Source: an uncultured Candidatus Bathyarchaeia archaeon
GTDB taxonomy: Archaea > Thermoproteota > Bathyarchaeia > Bathyarchaeales > Bathycorpusculaceae
Direction of reading: 5' to 3'
DNA: 20,978 nt
NCBI GenBank assembly: GCA_964450845.1
Contig: CAYVGZ010000020.1
Location: 1-20,978 of the forward strand
The notes under the pieces were generated by a model that saw only the letters and a program-made list of their open reading frames with translations, made no database searches and had not been told where the DNA came from. The translations under genes were made by a program, and so were the position numbers. Below, one piece after another: positions 1 to 6,107 of this stretch (the stretch's first letter is position 1; each line of letters opens with the position of its first letter).

Positions 1-1
1 A

Positions 2-160
2 GCCGTAGGCATGAAAACAGTTTTTGTTCCTTCACAGTTTTACTCACTTGAAAACCTGCAGGAAAGCCAACAGAAACCAGACATAATTATGAAAGACACA
101 CTAGAACTATACAAAAACTTCCAATCTTTCTTGAATAACTTAACGATTTATGGTTTATGA
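2..160 (+). CDS. C-terminal fragment of a probable HAD-family hydrolase (5' truncated by window edge)
   Basis: My translation from position 2: AVGMKTVFVPSQFYSLENLQESQQKPDIIMKDTLELYKNFQSFLNNLTIYGL*, with TGA at 158-160. 'A.GMKTV.V ... PD.I' resembles the end of HAD-like hydrolases. Not in the ORF track because it has no start in the window. Confidence 0.5.
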   Translation, partial: AVGMKTVFVPSQFYSLENLQESQQKPDIIMKDTLELYKNFQSFLNNLTIYGL

Positions 161-174
161 TGCGGTCGCCGGGA
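161..174 (-). repeat. Duplicated 3' end of tRNA-Gly (att-like direct repeat, left copy)
   Basis: TGCGGTCGCCGGGA at 161-174 is identical to 4635-4648, the last 14 nt of the tRNA-Gly gene. It ends exactly at the discriminator base. Confidence 0.8.
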
Positions 175-240
175 CTAATACCCAAATGGGTTCAAGTCCA
201 CCATTCTGGCAATTGAAAAAACTTGAACGTCTGCAAAGCC

Positions 241-268
241 GAGGGTTCGAATCTCTCCCGGGCTACCA
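241..268 (+). other. tRNA 3' fragment (T-arm + acceptor 3' strand + ACCA), tRNA-Gln-like
   Basis: GAGGG-TTCGAAT-CTCTC-CCGGGCT-ACCA gives a 5-bp T stem (one G:U), a canonical T loop, a 7-nt acceptor strand and ACCA. The ...GGGCT-ACCA end resembles archaeal tRNA-Gln (5' AGCCC..). No D arm or anticodon arm can be folded upstream. Confidence 0.65.
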
Positions 269-322
269 TGACACCCTAGTTAGACATTCTTTCGAACACT
301 CGGTTTAACGATGGTAGACAGA

Positions 323-348
323 AGGGCGGGGTGGGATTTGCACCCCAC
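323..348 (-). other. Degenerate tRNA-like 3' fragment
   Basis: Minus strand reads GTGGG-GTGCAAAT-CCCAC-CCCGCCC-T: a T-arm-like hairpin with an 8-nt loop followed by a 7-nt GC-rich acceptor-like strand. Isotype not assignable. Confidence 0.4.
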
Positions 349-480
349 ATCAAGTGGAGACATCTTCCAAAGTCCTTACAAGCAGCTGGCTTTCTGCTAT
401 TATTGATATACCATACAAAACAAAGGCAAACCTGCACACAAATGTTGTTCTGCTTCCTAAAGGAAGGCGGCGAGAGCATA

Positions 481-520
481 TTTATAAAGGTCAAATGCTA
501 TACTTATAGCTAAATGGTGA
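481..520 (+). promoter_or_regulatory. TATA box and ribosome-binding site upstream of the YegP gene
   Basis: TTTATAAA at 481-488. GGTGA at 516-520, 6 nt before ATG 527. Confidence 0.55.
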
Positions 521-526
521 ACATAA

Positions 527-721
527 ATGTCCGCAACACCAAAGTTTGAGATCTACAAGGATACAGCAGAGAAATTCCGATTCAGACTGAAGGCAGCGAA
601 CGGCGAGGTCATAGCGTCTGGTGAAGCTTATGAGTCGAAAGACGGCTGCAAGAATGGCATTGAATCGGTAAAAACGAACGCTCCGATAGCAGAAATCGTC
701 GATCTGACACAATCGCAATAA
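527..721 (+). CDS. YegP/DUF1508 family protein (single domain)
   Basis: KFEIYKD..EKFRFRLKAANGEVIASGEAYESKDGCKNGIESVKTNA matches the DUF1508 pattern closely. TATA and RBS present. Confidence 0.9.
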   Translation: MSATPKFEIYKDTAEKFRFRLKAANGEVIASGEAYESKDGCKNGIESVKTNAPIAEIVDLTQSQ

Positions 722-767
722 GAACACGGTTCTTCATAGGAAACTCCCAACTTCCCTTTTTTGTGAC

Positions 768-1838
768 ATGCAATTAGAGGAGGAGAATACTTTGGAGAGT
801 GAATCAACCTTCCGTACAAAAGCCGAGAGAATGTTAAAAGACAAAAGGCTGATATTCGTTATTGTCGCTGCCGTTCCGACGCTTGTAGTCGGCTTGATTC
901 TTGCGTTCGAAGCCACGGTTGGCATCAGTTTCCTGATCATTGGGCTGGCCCTTCTGGCGATTTCGGCGGAGAGAGCAGTCGCGCATTCCATAGGCTTTGC
1001 GACCGCGTTGAAACTATCTCCCCTGATGATAGGTCTCGTAGTAGTGTCGCTGGGCACTGACTTCCCGGAAATCGTGAACTCGATCGTATCGTCAGCGATG
1101 GGCCATGTTGACATAAATGTGGGCGATTCGTTTGGCTCCATACTCACGCAAATGACTCTGGTTCTAGGCCTGCTTTCCTTTGTTGGGGGAGCCTTCAAAG
1201 TCAAAAGAGAGGAAATTGCAGTCATGGGCTCATGTGAAATTCTAGCATTCATAGCTTCGGTTTCAATGGTCGAGAAGGGCTACATTTCAAGGATGAACGC
1301 CTTTTTCCTTGTGGCCAGCTGGCCCCTTCTCATGCTGATAACACGAAGCATGATGAAGAGTCCTCCTTCACTGAACAAGACAAACAGAAGATGGTCTCAC
1401 CATCTTCTCCTCTCCATTCTCGGTTTCATCGGAGTGGCTGGAGGAGCATACATTACGGTGCAATCCGTGATCGCGCTCTCAGCCACTCTTTCAATACCTG
1501 AATATTTGGTCAGCTTCTTCATTGTCGCCTTCGGAACATCCTTGCCGGAGATCGTGGTGGACCTGGCAGCCATTAGAAAGAAGCAGTACGAAATCGCAAT
1601 AGGTGACGCTATAGGAAGCAGCATAATAGACGCCGGTTTCTCAATAGGGATTGGAACCCTGTTTTTCCCAGGCACTGTAACCGCGTCGCTCGCCGAGAAA
1701 ACTGGTCTGTACGCCCTGATGTGTTCAATAGTGGTTGTGACGATGCTTGCTCTGCGTCAGAAGCACGACAGAAAGTCGGGGCTGCTTCTCATTATGCTCT
1801 ACGCACTGGCTTATCTTGCGATATTCGCATTGTTCTGA
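768..1838 (+). CDS. Ca2+/cation antiporter (CaCA superfamily, YrbG/NCX_Mj-like)
   Basis: About 10 hydrophobic segments in two internal repeats. Alpha-1 is GTDFPE...GDSFGSILTQ and alpha-2 is GTSLPE...GDAIGSSIID. Confidence 0.9.
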   Translation: MQLEEENTLESESTFRTKAERMLKDKRLIFVIVAAVPTLVVGLILAFEATVGISFLIIGLALLAISAERAVAHSIGFATALKLSPLMIGLVVVSLGTDFPEIVNSIVSSAMGHVDINVGDSFGSILTQMTLVLGLLSFVGGAFKVKREEIAVMGSCEILAFIASVSMVEKGYISRMNAFFLVASWPLLMLITRSMMKSPPSLNKTNRRWSHHLLLSILGFIGVAGGAYITVQSVIALSATLSIPEYLVSFFIVAFGTSLPEIVVDLAAIRKKQYEIAIGDAIGSSIIDAGFSIGIGTLFFPGTVTASLAEKTGLYALMCSIVVVTMLALRQKHDRKSGLLLIMLYALAYLAIFALF

Positions 1839-1846
1839 GAACCGTT

Positions 1847-2404
1847 TCAAGTGTACTCGTCGGTGGCGCTCACTTCTTCTTCGTCAGACTCTTGTTCCGC
1901 TGCTCCAGAGCGTTCCAGATACATTGCCGTGATCTTGTCCACATGTTCGCCTTTCTTGGCTTTTCTCCTTGCTTGAATGTCTATTGCCAGCATGAACAGA
2001 TAGGGCACTGACAGATAAACCACCGCCAAGAGCGGATTGCCGAGCAAAAACGCGACACCTAGCAGAACCGGGGATTGGCCGCTTAAGTAGACGCTCATGG
2101 AATCTTGGATGATAAAGGCGAACAGTACTAACGTTAAGCACACGAAGAACTGCACGAGTACGCTTCATTTCTTGCCAAGCAGTAGAGATGGGATTACAGA
2201 CGACAAAACGAAAACCCATGCAAAGGCGTGTACAAAGATAATTATGTGCATCCTGAGAAGTAGCCATTCACCCAGAGCTGGCCACAGCATGTTGAAGGAA
2301 TTCAGCACTGTCGATACTGCCGTCTGGGTGAAGATTTGATAGGTAACCATCACGGTCCAGGCAACAGAAACATACAACGGCGTCATCAAAGTTGCCTTAC
2401 TCAT
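1847..2404 (-). pseudogene. Multi-pass membrane protein interrupted by an in-frame TGA (2165-2167)
   Basis: Track ORFs 2165..2443 and 1847..2155 are in the same frame: ...CTT GGC AAG AAA TGA AGC GTA CTC GTG CAG TTC (LGKK*SVLVQF). Likely start is ATG 2404 (MSKATLMTPLY), which overlaps the upstream stop as ATGA. Confidence 0.7.
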
Positions 2405-2598
2405 TCTAGGTGCACTCCAATCGAAAAGATGCCCAAAACCCATGAAAGCCGTACTGCTTTGGCGAACGCCAAAAGTTTCATTTTGCCGTTGTCAAAAAAA
2501 GAGAGTTGTTCTTTTGATCCTTGCCTAGCTTTTCTTCTCTGTTTCCTACGGGCACGTTGCCGACGTTTCTTCTTCTTAGACCTCTTCTTGAACGGCAA
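2401..2598 (-). CDS. Small Lys/Arg-rich protein with hydrophobic C-terminal part
   Basis: TTG at 2598 is preceded by GAGG and by TTTTAAAT about 30 nt upstream. Sequence is (M)PFKKRSKKKKRRQRARRKQRRKARQGSK...VLGIFSIGVHLE*. Its stop overlaps the next ATG (ATGA). Confidence 0.5.
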   Translation of the reverse strand: MPFKKRSKKKKRRQRARRKQRRKARQGSKEQLSFFDNGKMKLLAFAKAVRLSWVLGIFSIGVHLE

Positions 2599-3084
2599 AT
2601 TTCCTCGCTTTATACTCCACGGGAGCATTTAAAAGGTTTGCTAATTACCTATAACAATAGCAAATCACTAATGCCAAATCGTTGGGAATTCCAAACCGGA
2701 GCCTGCGATGGTTCTGACAAGAGTAGGCGTGTTAGAAACTCATTAGTCATAGAGCTATTTAAATAGTCATTCTACTATACCATTAGCAATCAACCCAAAC
2801 AAGAACGCAAAGAACTTAGAAGAGTGGAGAAATGAAGAAAAAGCAGAAGAAGAAAACCGAACTTCCAAAGAGGTACAGGAAGAACAAGAAGTAGTCGCAT
2901 GCGCAGCACTAGTGTTTGCAGCATACTCTGCAGCTCCTTCTTTTATCGCGGATCTTCCAAGGAAACAAACCGTTTTGTTATGTAATCGATTCTCCAAGGC
3001 TGCACAAGATCATAATTGGCTATAACTATAGACAGCATCTATAATAATCCAATTCGTCTATACCCATCGTCTTTTCACAAATAT

Positions 3085-3110
3085 TATAAGAGGGTTGTTG
3101 ATTTCTTATA
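3085..3110 (+). promoter_or_regulatory. 7-bp inverted repeat overlapping the TATA box of the ArsR gene (candidate operator)
   Basis: TATAAGA (3085-3091), 12-nt spacer, TCTTATA (3104-3110). TATA-like TATTATAA at 3082-3089. Confidence 0.4.
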
Positions 3111-3413
3111 TTGAACAGAGGTTCTTGCTTGACTCTAGAAGAGATCGTTGCAACAGGCGAAGCAGCCTTAAAGATTGCTGACGCCTTAACCTCGACAAGT
3201 CTCAGAATACTGCAATTGGTTTCTCAGAAGCGTTTAGATGTTTCAACAATCGCCAGAAAATTAGACTTGAGTGAGGCTTACATGAGCGAACAGGTCCGCA
3301 TGCTTGAAGAAGCCAAGCTAATCAAAGTAAGCTATGAACGAGGGAAAAGAGGAATCAGAAAGCTGTGTGAATTGGCAGTCTCCAGAATAATCATAGTGAT
3401 CAAGCCTAACTAG
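3111..3413 (+). CDS. ArsR-like winged helix-turn-helix transcriptional regulator
   Basis: ALKIADALTSTSLRILQLV...LDVSTIARKLDLSEAYMSEQVRMLEEAKLIKVSYERG is an HTH plus wing. The true start may be TTG near 3129 (MTLEEIV). Confidence 0.85.
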   Translation: MNRGSCLTLEEIVATGEAALKIADALTSTSLRILQLVSQKRLDVSTIARKLDLSEAYMSEQVRMLEEAKLIKVSYERGKRGIRKLCELAVSRIIIVIKPN

Positions 3414-3511
3414 AATGGTGACACCGTAGACCCTCCGAGTCGCAGAGAAATATGAAGCACGCTTCACTCCAAGATGCATCAGGCAATCGATCATGATGCT
3501 CTGATCAGGAG

Positions 3512-3574
3512 ATGGACACTATACCAGAAAAGAAAGGGAAGAAAAAGAAGGGTTCAGCCAAGAAGTCTAAGTGA
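3512..3574 (+). CDS. Possible 20-aa Lys-rich micro-ORF
   Basis: AGGAG immediately upstream of ATG 3512; MDTIPEKKGKKKKGSAKKSK*. Very short, and could be a remnant or chance. Confidence 0.25.
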   Translation: MDTIPEKKGKKKKGSAKKSK

Positions 3575-3665
3575 CTTCCAAACATAGAATCCTTCGCCTC
3601 TTTTGCTACGTTCGCATTCACTCCGTTCTTTTTTCTGCAATTCCTTTCACAATATGATGGCAGTC

Positions 3666-4243
3666 CTATTTCTTAGATCGTTTGCTTTGGAAGTCACGCT
3701 TCAGGCACGGGCAGTATCGGTCTTCGATTCGATCATAATATCCTACTTCCCAGTGTTCTGTGTTCAGAATGCCATATTCTGTGCAGCCGAGCATCGAAGA
3801 TATGGTGTGGGCTATCTCAACTCTGTCATTGGATTCAAAGTATCTCTTCGAGCCATCTGCAAAACCAGTTTGCTCAGTTTACTGAGAAGATCACAGAAAT
3901 CCATGAATTTCTTTGGTCCGTACTTCGCAATTCTTTCATCAGGAGACCATGCAACGTATTTCTCAAGAGGATCTTTAGTATCTGGATCGACTGCAAACCG
4001 GCCACTAGCCATCAGTGTTCCAAGCTTGTAGTTGATCTTGCTCTTAACGATCTGCTTGTCTTTCGAATCGACTAATACACGAAAGCTGAAGATAACATCG
4101 TCTTCCAGATGGTCTCTTATTATGAAATGCAGACTCCTAACACCTTCAAGATCCTTCACAAATCCATAAAAACTAACAAGTACTCGTCGGACATCAGCAG
4201 GCTTGCATCTGAAGACTACCACACACCAGTCATCATCCGCCAT
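3666..4243 (-). pseudogene. Frameshifted hypothetical protein (one base apparently missing near 3840-3880)
   Basis: The track ORF 3812..4243 ends ...QMARRDTLNPMTELR*. The -1 frame continues open as (KR)YFESNDRVEIAHTISSMLGCTEYGILNTEHWEVGYYDRIEDRYCPCLKRDFQSKRSKK* to TAG at 3666-3668. Confidence 0.7.
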
Positions 4244-4546
4244 AAGGGATCCCTTAACAACAATTGATACGTGTTCTTCGTATTTATTCCCTTAGCGCAC
4301 GAGCCACAGGCAACTGCGTACCTGAGAAATCGGAAAGCTTTTAGCATTAGTCGAGTGATGCGCGCTATAACATGACGGGCGAAACACGACGAGCTCTCGG
4401 GTGAATAGCAAAAATGCGAGTAAAACCTAACTGTTTTGATAGCAATATTGCTAGTTTTTACTCGCAAAATAATAGTAAGCGAAAAATGTTTGAAGCGAGA
4501 GTTTGAAGCTACCTGCATTGCAGAAACAAGTACTTTTACCGGTAAA
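4243..4546. repeat. Cluster of perfect palindromes and an 11-bp inverted repeat
   Basis: TAAGGGATCCCTTA 4243-4256; TGCGAGTAAAA 4415-4425 / TTTTACTCGCA 4456-4466; TAGCAATATTGCTA 4440-4453; CTGCA-T-TGCAG 4513-4523; TTTACCGGTAAA 4535-4546. Confidence 0.85.
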
Positions 4547-4634
4547 CGTGTGTTCAAATTTCAACCCCCACTTACAACGTCCTAAATTGAGTTTCTTTAG
4601 CTGAAATAAGCTCAAATTATGCCTAAATTTAGAG

Positions 4635-4708
4635 TGCGGTCGCCGGGATTTGAACCCGGGTCGTCAGCGTGGGAGGCTGATGTCCTAGCCAAACTAGACT
4701 ACGACCGC
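4635..4708 (-). tRNA. tRNA-Gly (anticodon CCC), intronless, CCA not encoded
   Basis: GCGGTCG-TA-GTCTAGTTTGGCTAGGAC-A-TCAGC-CTCCCAC-GCTGA-CGAC-CCGGG-TTCAAAT-CCCGG-CGACCGC-A folds into a full cloverleaf of 74 nt. Confidence 0.97.
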
Positions 4709-4760
4709 TACTGCTACAGTAACATCTGACAGAAAATTAGCATAAAGTTTGCGTTCTAAC

Positions 4761-4781
4761 AAAAAAAGAAAGAAGAGGTTT
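4761..4781 (-). terminator. T-rich archaeal-type terminator downstream of pmbA
   Basis: Minus strand right after the TAG stop reads AAACCTCTTCTTTCTTTTTTT. Confidence 0.4.
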
Positions 4782-6107
4782 CTATTTGGATTTTGTTATG
4801 TGCACGTCTTTGATTAGAACGTAAGGCGATAACGATGGCGGATCTGCTTCGCCCCACCAATGTACATGTTGCCTTTCCTTCGAAATTCCAGCAATGTTGC
4901 CCAGTAAGCTCAAAGCATTGTCACTTACGCGTAAGTCCTTCAACGATTGCTTTATTTCTCCATTCTCGATTAAGAAAATGCCATCCCTAGGAATTGTTGA
5001 AAAGTCACCCTTCGCATAGTTTTGGAAACGCGTATACCAAGTGTTTGTCAGATAAAGCCCTCTCTTTACTTGTTTGAAGAGTTCCTCTCTATGCATGTCT
5101 CCAGAGTCCATTTCAATACTCCATGCATTCGGCGCAACCAACCCAGCATTAGCCGTGGTTTCAGTTTTGAATATTTTAGCTGTTGAGGTGTTATGAAGAT
5201 ATGTTTTAAGCACACCATGGTCAATGAAGACATTCTCCCTCGTTGAAACACCCTCATCGTCAAAAATGCGGTTAGCCATAGAATAGGCAGATGGAACATC
5301 TTTCAATGTCACGTTTTCAGGCGCTACTTTTTGGCCAAGTTTGTTGATGAAAACTGAAAGCTGAATTAGAATATTGAAAGCTGAAACCATTGAACCCCAA
5401 ACGCCAAGTAGTGAACCAAAAATCAAAGGATCATAGATAACATCATATACGCCCTCTTCACCAACTTTCGGATTCTTGGCTAACTTTGCAATTTCCCCAG
5501 CTTTACTCCCAGCTCTTGAAGGTTTAAAATCTTTCAGTGTTGAACTACATTCGACACCATGACCAGAAGCTTCTCTTTCCGAGAAAGCCCTTATTGAAAG
5601 CTCAATTGCTGATCGACTGTCAACACCAGCAGGTCCTTCAGAAGAAACCAAATAAACATCTTCGAATTTGGTAAAGAGTATGCCTCCGCTGTCAATTTGA
5701 GACCCAACTTCTTTTTCCGCAGCACCCATCGCTTCAAAGACATACTCACTGGGATCTTCTAAATCTTGAAGTTTCTTATCAGCATTACTTTTTGCATAGT
5801 GAAAACTGCCTTTTGCAAAACCTCCAAACATTGGGTTTTCCTTAGAAACCTTTGCCAACTCAAATAGTCTTTTAATGCTTGCATCAACTTTTTGAAAATT
5901 GTGTATCTGTGTAGCGACCACACGTTTTTTCCAAGCCAAATTAACATCTGTGACATAATCATTCCATGCAACAGTGATATCCATCTGGTTATTGCTGAAA
6001 CGCGCCTGCCTATATTTGCCAAAAGTAGTTCTAGCAATGACTTCGTCTGCGCCTAAGGCTTTCGCTTTCTTAACTATCTCTTCGGTTTTGTTGAGTATGT
6101 CATTCAT
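4782..6107 (-). CDS. pmbA: TldD/PmbA family protein, PmbA(TldE)-like non-catalytic subunit
   Basis: 441 aa with FDDEGV, TYLHN, TAN A G, G.FS and IENGEI motifs; lacks HExxGH. ATGA overlap with tldD. Confidence 0.88.
   Translation of the reverse strand: MNDILNKTEEIVKKAKALGADEVIARTTFGKYRQARFSNNQMDITVAWNDYVTDVNLAWKKRVVATQIHNFQKVDASIKRLFELAKVSKENPMFGGFAKGSFHYAKSNADKKLQDLEDPSEYVFEAMGAAEKEVGSQIDSGGILFTKFEDVYLVSSEGPAGVDSRSAIELSIRAFSEREASGHGVECSSTLKDFKPSRAGSKAGEIAKLAKNPKVGEEGVYDVIYDPLIFGSLLGVWGSMVSAFNILIQLSVFINKLGQKVAPENVTLKDVPSAYSMANRIFDDEGVSTRENVFIDHGVLKTYLHNTSTAKIFKTETTANAGLVAPNAWSIEMDSGDMHREELFKQVKRGLYLTNTWYTRFQNYAKGDFSTIPRDGIFLIENGEIKQSLKDLRVSDNALSLLGNIAGISKERQHVHWWGEADPPSLSPYVLIKDVHITKSK

Larger units (their letters stand above)
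161..4648. mobile_element. Putative degenerate genomic island integrated at tRNA-Gly(CCC), no integrase detected
   Basis: 14-bp direct repeats match the tRNA 3' end. Cargo is accessory, two genes are disrupted, and hand spot counts differ in GC (34/60 in 901-960 vs 22/60 in 5821-5880; two lines only). Confidence 0.65.

Noticed and set aside
189-199. GG-TTCAAGT-CC as a standalone tRNA fragment
   Set aside because: Only a 2-bp stem next to the loop and no acceptor strand; noted only as weak support within the fragment cluster.
734-1252. 172-aa minus-strand ORF (also 1397..1675)
   Set aside because: Antisense shadows of the antiporter gene, with no recognisable motifs.
2165-2167. Selenocysteine or other programmed readthrough at the in-frame TGA
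   Set aside because: The context is a basic loop (GKK*SV) in a membrane protein with no Cys/redox motif and no SECIS-like hairpin seen; a nonsense mutation or sequencing error is simpler.
2755-2766. 12-bp palindrome CTATTTAAATAG
   Set aside because: AT-rich and isolated; about five 12-bp palindromes are expected by chance in 21 kb. It may simply be a TATA element.
3603-4031. 142-aa plus-strand ORF
   Set aside because: Antisense to the frameshifted gene 3666-4243; no RBS or motif.
4216-4557. 113-aa minus-strand ORF as a possible integrase remnant
   Set aside because: No R...HxxR...H/W...Y tyrosine-recombinase pattern in the frames I read; it runs through the palindrome-rich non-coding tract.
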